From Spirochaetia bacterium (lineage in GTDB: Bacteria; Spirochaetota; Spirochaetia; UBA9216), in NCBI GenBank assembly GCA_965140585.1, contig OZ223272.1, positions 1-64,000 on the forward strand: a DNA stretch of 64,000 nucleotides, written 5' to 3'. Below the pieces are notes generated by a model. The model saw only the letters and a list, made by a program, of their open reading frames with translations, ran no database searches and was not told the DNA's origin. The translations under genes were made by a program, and so were the position numbers. This document shows positions 28,582 through 39,057 of the stretch, piece by piece. Each line of letters begins with the position of its first letter. Within the stretch, counting starts at the first letter, position 1.

Positions 28582-31428
28582 CTACTCCTCTCCCTCAGGC
28601 AGAAGCTCAACCATCACATAGGATTCAGGAGTAAAGAACTGAGCCACTGTATCGACAATACTTTCAGCACTAATTTTATCCCGGAATTCCTCTGGTGTGA
28701 GTTGATCATCAGGATCATCACCGAATGCAATCGCAGTTTCCAGGTGATCAAGCCAGTAGCTGTTTTCAAGAACTTCCTTTTCAAACGCCCTTCTGTACTG
28801 CTCCTCCTGCCGGAGTATATAGTTTTCATCAAGGTTTCCTGCTGACACATCAGCAATTGTACTGAAGATTTCGGCTGCAAGCTCATCCGCTCTTTCAGGT
28901 TCACATCCGAAGTTTACAGATACCTGCCAGGTTGCTGCCGGAATTCTTTTCAAAGATGCCGAAACCGCAATATGGTACGTTCCAGAAAGCTGTTCACGGA
29001 TTCGTTCACGGAGTATTGTCTCCATAACGGAAGCGGCAGTATCAAGCTGCAGATCTGTATTTTCATCCCATTCCGACAGCTCACCGCTGAACACAATGAC
29101 TACACGGCTCTGCGGCTCGAGACCCTTCACGACCTTCTCTGAAATAATCCCCTCAGGTGCGCGCACGCCTAGATCAACCGCAGTCTCTTCAGCATTTCCT
29201 GCAGGAAGACCGCCGACATAAGTTAGAATTTCCTGCAGAATATTTCTGCTGTGAAGATTTCCGGTGAATACAAATACAAAGTCATCTGCACCGCTGAAAC
29301 GGTCTGCATATACACGTGCAGCTGCTTCAGTCTGAAACATAGGAAGGCTGGTACTGTCCAGGGGACGGCTTCTGAAATCATTATTTGTGAGAATCTCTCC
29401 CAGCCTGTCGTAGAATACATTTGCGGGATCAGCCTTTCGGTTTTCTATAATACTCTCAAGCCGGGTGCTCAGGTTCTGCCGAACCGACTCATCAAATAGA
29501 GGCTGTTCAAAATACAGATAAAGAAGCTCAAAGAATGTTTTTGATTCCTCCGGTGAAAAACTGCCGGTAAAGCCCTCTGAATTTGATGCAATATAGGGAC
29601 TGAGTTTAACTGTTGTTCCTGCAAGTTTTTTCTGCAGCGCTACGGCATCAAATTCGCCCAGTCCGCTCTGAGACTGCAGCAGCGGAGCATATCTTCCTGA
29701 AATAAAATCCTCATCAGTTACAAGAGATAGTCCTCCATGACTGAAAGCTGAGAAAAGGATTTCATCCTCCCTGAAATCAGTATCCTTTAGAACAACATCG
29801 GCTCCGTTGGAAAGATGAAGGAGCACGGCTCCTGATTCCGGAAATTCGGCTGCCGATTCAACAGCACCGGGTACGGGTACATCGGAAACAAGCTCACCCT
29901 CCGACTGTTCATCAATATAGGCTTCAATTTCAAGCTCCGAAGAAGCCTCAAGTATAGCAAGCAGTTCATCTTCAGAAGGAACTGAAGCGCCTTCCGGATA
30001 TGCAACTGTTACCAGTCTTCCTTCTGCAGGCATCATTGATGAAGCATAGGCATTAATTTCCTCAAGGCTTATCGAGGGAACAAACTGCTGGTAAAGATCA
30101 TATTCGCCTGCAATACCCGGCATGAATACACCTTCAAGATAATATTCAATTAGCTCCCGGGCAAAGCCGGAGGACTGCAGGTTATCGCGGTCTCTGTAAT
30201 ATTTTTCAATGTTTCTAAGGTAATCAGCCTTTGTTCTCTCAAGCTCGGTCGCGGTAAAGCCATAGCGGACGGCCCGTTCAAGCTCGGTTACTATTCCTGA
30301 AAGGGCAGCTTCCACTGCATCTGTATCAGCCGAAGCATAACAGCTTACCGACTCACTGGCCCTGACAAGGCTGCCGGTTCCGCCGCCTGCTCCAATAAAC
30401 GGAGGCTCCGGAGATCTGGCAACTTCATCGAGTCTTGAGTTGAACATTGTCCAGGTTATTGATTCAAGAAGCATCCGGCGGAAGTCAAGATCGGTGCGCT
30501 GACTTGCAGGAGCTCCGGTGGCCGCGGATATTTCAACCGAGGCGTAGGGCAGCTCGGGGTCGGGAATCATGCAGACGCTGTCTTCCTTATTTGCCGGAAT
30601 ACTCATTACAGGACGTTCAACATCGGTCTCCGGAGCTTTAAATGAAAAATACTGCTTTACCAGCTCTTCGGCATATTCGGGCTCCATATCACCGACAACA
30701 ACTACTGACATCAGTTCCGGCCTGTACCATTTTTCATAAAAATCACGCAACCTCTGCGTGGGTGCATTCATCACAACATCCATCTTTCCGATGGGAAGTC
30801 TTTCAGCATACTCAGATCCCTTAAAAAGAGCGGGAATCAGTTTATCCATGATTCGGCCCGAAGCCCCGCGCCCAAGACGCCATTCCTCCTGAATAACTCC
30901 GCGCTCAAGTTCAATTTCCTCGTCCTCATAGCTGACAAGATGGGCCCAGTCTTCAAGAACCTGAAAGGCATTATGAATGATTTCATCATCGTCGGTGGGT
31001 ATTTCCAGCATATAGACGGTTTCATCAAAGCTGGTATACGCATTGATTTCTGGACCGAAGGCCATACCTATTGATTCAAGATAATCTACAAGGGCTGATT
31101 TTTCGAAATGCTCGGTGCCGTTAAAGGCCATATGCTCACAGAAATGAGCAAGCCCCTGCTGGTCATCCTCTTCAAGTACAGAGCCGGCGTTTACAACCAG
31201 TCTCAGCGAGGCTCTGTTCTCCGGCTCACTGTTTTTCCGGACATACCAGGTAAGACCGTTATCAAGAACTCCGGTACTGACAAGCGGGTCCAGGGGAAGC
31301 AGCATTCCTTCAGACTTCTGCTCCCCAGATAAAGCCCCCGTATCAGTCTCAGATGGGGTAACGCATCCTGCTATTATAAAAACCAGCAGTAATGACAATA
31401 GTAATGTGCAGATTTTTTTCATGTACAT
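28582..31428 (-). CDS. M16 family zinc peptidase lipoprotein (PqqL-like)
   Basis: Lipobox IIAGC, inverted zinc motif HFCEH, NAYTSFDETVY; four-domain length. Confidence 0.92.
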   Translation of the reverse strand: MYMKKICTLLLSLLLVFIIAGCVTPSETDTGALSGEQKSEGMLLPLDPLVSTGVLDNGLTWYVRKNSEPENRASLRLVVNAGSVLEEDDQQGLAHFCEHMAFNGTEHFEKSALVDYLESIGMAFGPEINAYTSFDETVYMLEIPTDDDEIIHNAFQVLEDWAHLVSYEDEEIELERGVIQEEWRLGRGASGRIMDKLIPALFKGSEYAERLPIGKMDVVMNAPTQRLRDFYEKWYRPELMSVVVVGDMEPEYAEELVKQYFSFKAPETDVERPVMSIPANKEDSVCMIPDPELPYASVEISAATGAPASQRTDLDFRRMLLESITWTMFNSRLDEVARSPEPPFIGAGGGTGSLVRASESVSCYASADTDAVEAALSGIVTELERAVRYGFTATELERTKADYLRNIEKYYRDRDNLQSSGFARELIEYYLEGVFMPGIAGEYDLYQQFVPSISLEEINAYASSMMPAEGRLVTVAYPEGASVPSEDELLAILEASSELEIEAYIDEQSEGELVSDVPVPGAVESAAEFPESGAVLLHLSNGADVVLKDTDFREDEILFSAFSHGGLSLVTDEDFISGRYAPLLQSQSGLGEFDAVALQKKLAGTTVKLSPYIASNSEGFTGSFSPEESKTFFELLYLYFEQPLFDESVRQNLSTRLESIIENRKADPANVFYDRLGEILTNNDFRSRPLDSTSLPMFQTEAAARVYADRFSGADDFVFVFTGNLHSRNILQEILTYVGGLPAGNAEETAVDLGVRAPEGIISEKVVKGLEPQSRVVIVFSGELSEWDENTDLQLDTAASVMETILRERIREQLSGTYHIAVSASLKRIPAATWQVSVNFGCEPERADELAAEIFSTIADVSAGNLDENYILRQEEQYRRAFEKEVLENSYWLDHLETAIAFGDDPDDQLTPEEFRDKISAESIVDTVAQFFTPESYVMVELLPEGEE

Positions 31429-31493
31429 AAATTTCTCCGATATTCAGCTTGGTAATTAAAAATACTTTTGCTATAATCATATGATAAAAAACA

Positions 31494-33674
31494 ATGAATG
31501 TGAATGATGTGTATCATCAAATTGATGACCAGAACGTCGAGATTCATCAAAATCTTTTAAACGAACCGGAAAAATATATTTCAGAGGCGCAGCGGAACGC
31601 CGATCTTGCTGAAAGAAATGATTACAGCTACGGCAGAGCGGAAGCTTTTCTGAATATAGGGGCTTGTTATCTGATTTTATGTAATCCAGATGCTGCAATA
31701 CCTCATCTCGAACAGGCTCTTGACCTTTTCAGGCTTGATTCCGACCGAAGGAGTCTGCATGGAGAGATGGCGGCGCGCAATGAACTTGGCCGGGCCGAGT
31801 TTTCCAAGGGCAATTACGAATCTTCACTGAACCAATACTTTATTTCACTGACACAGAGCGAGATGCATCAGGATATCGACATTCAGGCACAGACTCTGAA
31901 CGCGATCGGCGATATCCACCGCATGATTAACAATACGGAAGAAGCCCTCCGTTACTTTCACCAGGCACAGAATGTTGCAGCCTTTGTAGAAAACCCTGTT
32001 TTGAAAGCCGAGATTACTATAAATCTGGGTAAATCAGCTCTTGACTCCAATGATATGGAATCTGCAAAAGAATATTTTCAAAGTGTTCTTGATTCGAACG
32101 AGCTAAGCGACTTCGGAATAATAACAGCATCAGCTATGCTGGGCAGCGCCAGAGTTCAGATACACAGGAACAAACTCCAGGATGCAGAAAATAAACTCGA
32201 GAATGCTCTGAAACTGTTTTCAGATATCGGTCATGATTTCGGCAAAGCTGAATGCTTTTACCGGATTGGAGAGATTAAAATAATACGGCAGGATTTTGAT
32301 AAGGCTCTGAACTTTATTGATGAAGCTGAATCAATTGCAGTAAAACAGAATCTGCAGGATCTGCTTAGACGCTGTATGAAACGCAGGGCCCATATCAGCA
32401 GGCATCTGGGTGATTTCAAAAAAGCCTATGAATACTTCTTAAGGTTTTATGAATTCGAACAGATTCAGAAAAATGACGGGCTCAAAAACAGACTGAGAAA
32501 GATCTCAATTCTTTATGAAACAGAGCATACCGAAACAGAGAAAGAATCCTACAGGATGAGATTTCTGGAGATGGAACGCTCAAATAAAGAAATCAAGATT
32601 ATCAACCGTATAGGCAGGGAAATAACATCATCACTTGATCCGGAAGAAATCCTTCACAGAACCTATGAAAGCCTGGGAGAATTTCTTGAGATGACATCTT
32701 TCGGCATAGCGCTGCTTGATAGAAAAGAAAACAACCTTACAATGAAATTCTTCATTGAGAACGGCAAGAGGATGCAGCCTCTGATTCTTAAAATGGATGA
32801 TAAAACAAGCCTCTCTGTCTGGTGTATTACCAACGAAAAACCCGTACTTTTCTCAACAACAGCCGAAACCGGGAAATACCTAAAAAACTGGAGAAACCGT
32901 TTCAATGTTGAAATAAACTCTGCAATATTTCTACCCATACTGCACGGCCGTGAAATACTCGGATGCCTGACTGTCCAGAGTACATTTGAACATTCATATA
33001 CCGAAGCTAACCTGAACCTGCTTGGTGCGGTTGCATCATTCATTGCTGTAGCACTGGATAATTCAAAAGCCCATACAGAGCTTAATATGCTGAACAAGAT
33101 AGTTACTGATGAAAAGGTTAATCTTGAAATTGCCTACCGAAGAATCAGCCACATGGCCAATCATGATGCCCTGACAGATTTACCGAACAGACATCTGTTA
33201 AGAGAGCTTATTAAAAACGGAATAAAAATGGCTGATCGGGACAGTACAAAACTTGCCGTACTTTATATGGATCTTGATTCATTCAAACAGGTCAATGATA
33301 CCCTGGGCCATGATGCCGGTGACGAGCTGCTGAAAACAGTCTCACAGAGGATTAAAAATGCCCTTAGAACCTCGGACACCGTAGCCAGAATAGGCGGGGA
33401 TGAATTTATAGCCGTCATTTATAATATTGGAACAGTTGAAAATGTACGTTCTGTTGCTGAAAAAATAATTGAAACAGTGCACTCGGACATCATTCTTAAA
33501 GATATTAAGTACAATGTAGGGACAAGCATAGGCGCCTCTATTTATCCTGATGATGAAGTTAATATGGAAGAACTTATAAGAAAGGCTGATGCAGCAATGT
33601 ATGCGGCAAAAAATTCAGGTAAAAACCGGACTGTCTTTCATTCCGACAGCCCGGCTGAAATTTCTAACGTGTAA
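31494..33674 (+). CDS. TPR-GAF-GGDEF diguanylate cyclase
   Basis: N-terminal TPR-like helices, GAF domain, HDALTDLPNR, RTSD I-site and RIGGDEF. Confidence 0.9.
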   Translation: MNVNDVYHQIDDQNVEIHQNLLNEPEKYISEAQRNADLAERNDYSYGRAEAFLNIGACYLILCNPDAAIPHLEQALDLFRLDSDRRSLHGEMAARNELGRAEFSKGNYESSLNQYFISLTQSEMHQDIDIQAQTLNAIGDIHRMINNTEEALRYFHQAQNVAAFVENPVLKAEITINLGKSALDSNDMESAKEYFQSVLDSNELSDFGIITASAMLGSARVQIHRNKLQDAENKLENALKLFSDIGHDFGKAECFYRIGEIKIIRQDFDKALNFIDEAESIAVKQNLQDLLRRCMKRRAHISRHLGDFKKAYEYFLRFYEFEQIQKNDGLKNRLRKISILYETEHTETEKESYRMRFLEMERSNKEIKIINRIGREITSSLDPEEILHRTYESLGEFLEMTSFGIALLDRKENNLTMKFFIENGKRMQPLILKMDDKTSLSVWCITNEKPVLFSTTAETGKYLKNWRNRFNVEINSAIFLPILHGREILGCLTVQSTFEHSYTEANLNLLGAVASFIAVALDNSKAHTELNMLNKIVTDEKVNLEIAYRRISHMANHDALTDLPNRHLLRELIKNGIKMADRDSTKLAVLYMDLDSFKQVNDTLGHDAGDELLKTVSQRIKNALRTSDTVARIGGDEFIAVIYNIGTVENVRSVAEKIIETVHSDIILKDIKYNVGTSIGASIYPDDEVNMEELIRKADAAMYAAKNSGKNRTVFHSDSPAEISNV

Positions 33675-35346
33675 GATTTCTGTATTTAATTCTATGCGGT
33701 CTGTCCGCTTCAATTCCAAGACGTTTTTTACGGTTCTCTTCGTACTCGGTATAATTTCCCTCAAAGAAAAATACCTGGCTGTCACCCTCAAAAGCAAGAA
33801 TATGCGTCGTAATTCTGTCCAGAAACCAGCGGTCGTGGCTTATAACAGCAACACAGCCTGCATAGGAATTAATTGCTTCTTCAAGTGCCCTAATAGTATT
33901 AACATCAAGGTCGTTAGTCGGTTCGTCAAGAAGCAGAAGATTGGAACCTTCCTTCAGCATCAGTGCAAGCTGCACCCTGTTCCTTTCTCCACCGGAGAGA
34001 ACCCCTATCTTCTTCTGCTGATCAGCACCCTGGAAATTAAACTGAGCTGCATAGGCTCTGGAGTTAAGCTCTCTGTTTCCCAGTTTCATTGTTTCATGTC
34101 CGCCGGAGATCTGCTCCCAGACGGATTTGTCCGGATCAAGGATTTCCCGCATCTGGTCGACATGGGCAATCTTCACAGTCTGACCAACGGTAATCTTTCC
34201 CTCATCCGGAGTCTCTGAGCCGGTAATCATCCTGAACAGGGTTGTTTTACCTGCACCGTTGGGACCGATGATTCCGATAATTGCTCCTGGCGGGATGGAC
34301 ATATCAAGCCCTTCGATGAGTATTTTATCGTCATATGATTTTTTAAGTCCTTCAGTCTCAATTACAATGTCACCAAGACGCGGTCCCTGCGGAATGAAAA
34401 TCTGAAGTTTTGATTCCTTTTCGGATGTATTCTGATTTAATAGCTGCTCATAGGAATTAATCCTGGCTTTGGCTTTGGCATGACGGCCCTTTGGACTCAT
34501 CCGAATCCATTCAAGCTCGTTCTGCAGAGTTTTCTGGCGGGCGGATTCCTGCTTCTCCTCCTGGGCCAGACGCTGCTGTTTCTGCTCAAGCCATGAGGAA
34601 TAGTTCCCTTTCCAGGGTATGCCCTTTCCGCGGTCAAGCTCAAGAATCCAGCCGGCAACGTTATCAAGGAAATACCTGTCGTGCGTTACTGCAATTACCG
34701 TTCCCTCGTATTTCTGAAGATGCTGTTCAAGCCATCCTACAGTTTCAGCATCAAGATGGTTGGTGGGCTCATCAAGCAGCAGGATGTCAGGTTTCTGAAG
34801 AAGCAGTCTGCAGAGGGCAACACGTCTTTTCTCACCGCCTGATAGAATCCCGGTTTTAACATCTTCAGGCGGACATCTCAACGCATCCATTGCCATTTCA
34901 AGCCTTGAATCGAGATCCCAGGCTCCGAGATCTTCCAGCCTGTCCTGAACAACTCCCTGCCTTTCCAGTAGTTTGTTCATTTCATCATCATCCATCGGCT
35001 CGGCGAATTTCTCATTGATGCTGTCGTATTCAGTCAGCAGATCAACAGTTTCCTGTACACCCTGCTGTACAATTTCCTTTACGGTCATTTCAGGATCAAG
35101 ATAGGGTTCCTGCTCCAGGTATCCTATGGTGAAGCCCTCGGATATTACAGTCTCGCCCTGAATTTCCTTATCTACTCCCGCAAGAATTTTAAGAAGCGTA
35201 GATTTACCCGATCCGTTTAAACCGAGAACACCGATCTTTGCACCGTAAAAATAGGACAGGTATATGTCCTTGAGAATAACCTTCTGGTTGATGGTCTTAC
35301 TGACCCCGACCATTGAATATATGATCTTTTCAGCTTCGTTCGCCAT
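33664..35346 (-). CDS. ettA: ABC-F translational throttle EttA
   Basis: SYFYGAKIGVLGLNGSGKST, two ABC domains and C-terminal PHRIKYR. Confidence 0.95.
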   Translation of the reverse strand: MANEAEKIIYSMVGVSKTINQKVILKDIYLSYFYGAKIGVLGLNGSGKSTLLKILAGVDKEIQGETVISEGFTIGYLEQEPYLDPEMTVKEIVQQGVQETVDLLTEYDSINEKFAEPMDDDEMNKLLERQGVVQDRLEDLGAWDLDSRLEMAMDALRCPPEDVKTGILSGGEKRRVALCRLLLQKPDILLLDEPTNHLDAETVGWLEQHLQKYEGTVIAVTHDRYFLDNVAGWILELDRGKGIPWKGNYSSWLEQKQQRLAQEEKQESARQKTLQNELEWIRMSPKGRHAKAKARINSYEQLLNQNTSEKESKLQIFIPQGPRLGDIVIETEGLKKSYDDKILIEGLDMSIPPGAIIGIIGPNGAGKTTLFRMITGSETPDEGKITVGQTVKIAHVDQMREILDPDKSVWEQISGGHETMKLGNRELNSRAYAAQFNFQGADQQKKIGVLSGGERNRVQLALMLKEGSNLLLLDEPTNDLDVNTIRALEEAINSYAGCVAVISHDRWFLDRITTHILAFEGDSQVFFFEGNYTEYEENRKKRLGIEADRPHRIKYRNLTR

Positions 35347-35365
35347 TTATTCCTCCAAATATATT

Positions 35366-36724
35366 TTATAGCTTTTCTTTATGCATTTTGTTAAGCAGTT
35401 TTAATTCCTTTACCGCCATCGGCAGGGTGAGGATAAAACTCAGAATATCAGCAAGAGGCTGTGCAATTGCCACACCGTTGATTCCAATAAACCGGGGAAG
35501 AATCAGCATAGCCGGGATAAGAAAAAGCCCCTGCCTTGCCGATGAAAGAACTCCGGCCTGAAGCCCCTTTCCATGAGCCTGAAACATTGCAGCAAAGCAG
35601 TTCTGAACTCCGACAAAGATAAGGGTAATACTGGCGAATCGCATGAATTTTATTCCGGCTGTCATCACCTCCGGATCGGAGGTAAAAATCCCTACAATAA
35701 ATCTGGTAAAAACCAGAAAAACTGTTGACATAAAAAGCCCGAAAACGGTGTTCCAGGAGACCGCCTTTTTAACCGTTTGAATTACCCTGTCATACTGCCT
35801 TGCGCCGTAATTGAATCCGGCAAGAGGCTGAAGGCCCTGTCCTATACCGAAGAAAACCATCATAGTCAGTGAAACGACCCGCAGAGTAATTCCCACTCCG
35901 GCAACCGCGTAGTCGCCGAACATGGATGCGGCAAGATTTGTAACTCCCATTGCACCGCTTGTAAGAAGCTGTCTGATTAATGTCGGGGTTCCGATAGCCA
36001 TAATCTGTTTGTACATAGCCGCTGTAGGTGAAAAATCCTTCAGCCGCAGCTTAAGGATGCCTTTTGAGAAAACAAAATATCGGAGAAGGTAGAGCGTGCT
36101 TATAAGCTGGGCAGTAATGGTTGCAGCGGCTGCACCGGCAAGCCCCATCTTAAAAACAAACATAAAAACGGGATCAAGAATCATGTTAAGACCGCCGCCT
36201 AATATCAAGCCGCGGCTGCTGTAACCGGCAGCACCTTCGGCACGAAGCATATTGTTCAGGCACATGTTTATAATCTGAAAAACCGAACCGCCGATGATAA
36301 TCCTGCCGTAAATTACAGCCCTGTCCATTATGGAATCGGTTGCCCCGAAAATCCGGAGTAAAGGTACAATGAAAATATTGCCAAGCACGGCGAAGGCTAT
36401 TCCAATAACCAGGGTTGTATAGAAGGCGGTTGAAGCCGAAGCCCTTGCTTCTTTGGGCTTTTCCTCACCGAGCTTTCTTGAAATCATTGAACCGGCCCCC
36501 ATGCCGAAAGTCAGTCCGATTGCTCCGATAAGCATAAATATCGGAAAAACGACTGCAGAAGCGCCTATTGAAGGTGTATCATTTAACAGGCCAATAAAAG
36601 CGGTATCTACTACATTGTAAACGGCATTAACAAGCATGGCTGTTGCGGCGGGGACGGCAAGGTTTCTGAGTGCGGCGCCAATATTCCCGCTTCGAAGCAT
36701 TTCGGTTCGTTCATTTTTATCCAT
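35366..36724 (-). CDS. MATE family efflux transporter
   Basis: YNVVDTAFIG, NMILDP and GLQPLAGFNYGA motifs; start MDKN at 36724. Confidence 0.92.
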   Translation of the reverse strand: MDKNERTEMLRSGNIGAALRNLAVPAATAMLVNAVYNVVDTAFIGLLNDTPSIGASAVVFPIFMLIGAIGLTFGMGAGSMISRKLGEEKPKEARASASTAFYTTLVIGIAFAVLGNIFIVPLLRIFGATDSIMDRAVIYGRIIIGGSVFQIINMCLNNMLRAEGAAGYSSRGLILGGGLNMILDPVFMFVFKMGLAGAAAATITAQLISTLYLLRYFVFSKGILKLRLKDFSPTAAMYKQIMAIGTPTLIRQLLTSGAMGVTNLAASMFGDYAVAGVGITLRVVSLTMMVFFGIGQGLQPLAGFNYGARQYDRVIQTVKKAVSWNTVFGLFMSTVFLVFTRFIVGIFTSDPEVMTAGIKFMRFASITLIFVGVQNCFAAMFQAHGKGLQAGVLSSARQGLFLIPAMLILPRFIGINGVAIAQPLADILSFILTLPMAVKELKLLNKMHKEKL

Positions 36725-36740
36725 ATGAAATTCAGGATAC

Positions 36741-37151
36741 TTGGCGATGAAAAACAAATCAAGTAATATGAGGAAAGTATTTTCGGAGTTGCCGATGATT
36801 GAGAACACTTATCTGGATAAATTTAAAAATCTGCCTGAAGACCCTGCCGCCGAGGCTATAAAACAGACAGCCGGAGAACTTGAAATGCTCAGCTTCAGCC
36901 CTACACTACTGATAGATACACCTGATTTTCTGTTCTTCACAAAGACCGGAATTATAGCTGAAGCAGAAAGAGTTGCAGGGTTTCCGGATGAAAAACTGCC
37001 TGAGTTCAGCAATGAAAGTTTTAATGATTCAAATGATTTCCGCAGAAAGCACATTGATCTTCTATATTATTACTACGAGCTTCTCTCAAGGCTAAGACTT
37101 AATATACCGGAAGCCTGGGACTATGTGCATGAACTTTATGAGGATGACTGA
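36741..37151 (+). CDS. Hypothetical protein
   Basis: ORF fills the gap between MATE and the membrane module; acidic C-terminus EAWDYVHELYEDD. Confidence 0.6.
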   Translation: MAMKNKSSNMRKVFSELPMIENTYLDKFKNLPEDPAAEAIKQTAGELEMLSFSPTLLIDTPDFLFFTKTGIIAEAERVAGFPDEKLPEFSNESFNDSNDFRRKHIDLLYYYYELLSRLRLNIPEAWDYVHELYEDD

Positions 37152-37170
37152 GCAGATTTGATGATGTAAA

Positions 37171-39057
37171 TCATTTTCTAATCATTACATCTTCATACAG
37201 TGCAAGATGCCAGCCTTCAAGGTTCGAGAAGGCTTTTCGTTCCGGGCTTTTAATCGTCCCTATGCCTGAAGTTTCAAGAAATTTTCTGATAGTCTGAATT
37301 CTTTTATATATTTTCTGGTAATGGGCACAGGAACTGGCTTTGCAGCCAAGGGAACAGCCCTCTGCGGTTTCGGGCTCAAGGTGCTCAAGGATTTCGGAAC
37401 AGTAGAGGGTCTCATCGTCCTTGGTAAGCAGCATTTTAAGTATTTCCATATTTGTCTCACTCAACCCTGCAAGCAGAGGTCTGCCCATAAAAAGAACACT
37501 GCCGTTTCTCTGTTCAAGAAGCTTTCCGGGCAGGGTAAAAAATATTACTGACAGCACAAAGAATATAATCAGAAGAATACGGTCGGCCATGACGGCCAGG
37601 ATATCAGGTATAAACCTGTCTGTTGCCTGAAACCCGGCAGACAGGGGCATATCCCTGGAAATAGAGAGAATAACCATAAAAAACCAGATCAGCCAGTAAA
37701 TAATGCCTGAAGTTCTGTCCCTGTTTATCAGTCTGCCGCTTCTGAATTCCACCGCGGGGACCCCTAGAAGAAAAATAATCGTACATATAACAAAATTACG
37801 AATTCCCGAGAAGAGCGCAAATATTTCATCATGCCGGTTAAGAGAGTAAGCAAGAAAAAACAGAAACACTGCAGAAATAATCTGTGTCCGGAAGATAATT
37901 TTCCGTTTTCTGATAAACAGAGGCAGAACCAGAATAGATAAGACCATGCAGAAGAGAATAATAAATTTCATACGGCTGTTTACCGGTGTCTCGAAGGCGA
38001 AAAGCAGGGAACCGCTGACCGCAATGATTACGGAAAGGATAAACCAGACAGGACCAGGTTTTTTCCTTGGTTTCACAGTATTCAGAACAGCTTTTTCTGA
38101 AAGAAGGGCTGAAAAACTACCTTCGGTAATATCCCTGAACACAGATTTTGTCCTTCTATGTTCTACAGCAACATCAGGATAGAGAATAAGACCCCAGCCT
38201 TCCTCAACCACATTACGTTTGTTTTCGGGGGGGATAATCATGCCAATACCGTAGTTCTCGAGTTTCTTTCCAAGATCAGTTACATAGCGATAGACTGCAG
38301 CGTATCCGGGACACAGCGACGCCTTGCAGGCGGCAACGTCATCACAATTCATGCCTTTAAGATCCGCCCCAGTGCTCCGGAAATAATCACGGCAGCGTAT
38401 ATTCCTGCCCTGCTCCACAGCAGCAGTCAGCATCTGTATCTGGGGCTCGTTAAATGAGGCGGTAATATCCTCATTCCTGAAGAAGAGTCTGCCTTTGAAA
38501 AAAATCAGCTTCTTTGAGGCGCTGCTTTTCAGGTTCATCAGAAACAGTACGGCCGGAATATAATTGGCGGCCTCATAAAACCCCGAAACAAGCTTCCAGG
38601 GTTCAGCTATCTGATGGCTGGAAAATAGAAAATAGATTCTCATAAATAGAAGCATCAGCGAGTATGATGCAAGCAGAATGATGATAAAATTCAATCCGCG
38701 GATCAGCTGGTCAAAGACCTGCCGCCTGAAGAAACGGAAAATCAGGCTGTAACTCAGAGCAAGAAGCGGGCCCGGATAGTAGAATAAAAACATGGAATAG
38801 TAAGCTCTGTCGAGTAGAAATCCGGAGGCAGTTCCTGTTGCTGCAATCCAGAAAAATATAAGTATTGAAAATCCGACAACCCTGCTTCTGGATTTTATAC
38901 AGAAAAGAATCAGAATGAGTCCAAACTGGATAAAAAACAGGAATAGACTGTACGCCGCCGAAAACCCGTTTCGTCCATCCATTGTCAGCCCTGTAATCAG
39001 TACGGGAATAGAGGAGTATAAGGAAAGAAGTACGGATATAATTGAAGGCTTTCGCAT
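37171..39057 (-). CDS. Membrane protein with two tandem [~6 TM + Cys-containing winged-helix-like] units
   Basis: Internal duplication: C..C..CKASLCPGY..Y....LE..GIG.I.PPE...EGW.L.LY.DV versus C..C..CKASSCAHY..IYKRI..FLE..GIG.I.SPE...EGW.L.LYEDV. Paralog at 42952-44774. Confidence 0.8.
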   Translation of the reverse strand: MRKPSIISVLLSLYSSIPVLITGLTMDGRNGFSAAYSLFLFFIQFGLILILFCIKSRSRVVGFSILIFFWIAATGTASGFLLDRAYYSMFLFYYPGPLLALSYSLIFRFFRRQVFDQLIRGLNFIIILLASYSLMLLFMRIYFLFSSHQIAEPWKLVSGFYEAANYIPAVLFLMNLKSSASKKLIFFKGRLFFRNEDITASFNEPQIQMLTAAVEQGRNIRCRDYFRSTGADLKGMNCDDVAACKASLCPGYAAVYRYVTDLGKKLENYGIGMIIPPENKRNVVEEGWGLILYPDVAVEHRRTKSVFRDITEGSFSALLSEKAVLNTVKPRKKPGPVWFILSVIIAVSGSLLFAFETPVNSRMKFIILFCMVLSILVLPLFIRKRKIIFRTQIISAVFLFFLAYSLNRHDEIFALFSGIRNFVICTIIFLLGVPAVEFRSGRLINRDRTSGIIYWLIWFFMVILSISRDMPLSAGFQATDRFIPDILAVMADRILLIIFFVLSVIFFTLPGKLLEQRNGSVLFMGRPLLAGLSETNMEILKMLLTKDDETLYCSEILEHLEPETAEGCSLGCKASSCAHYQKIYKRIQTIRKFLETSGIGTIKSPERKAFSNLEGWHLALYEDVMIRK

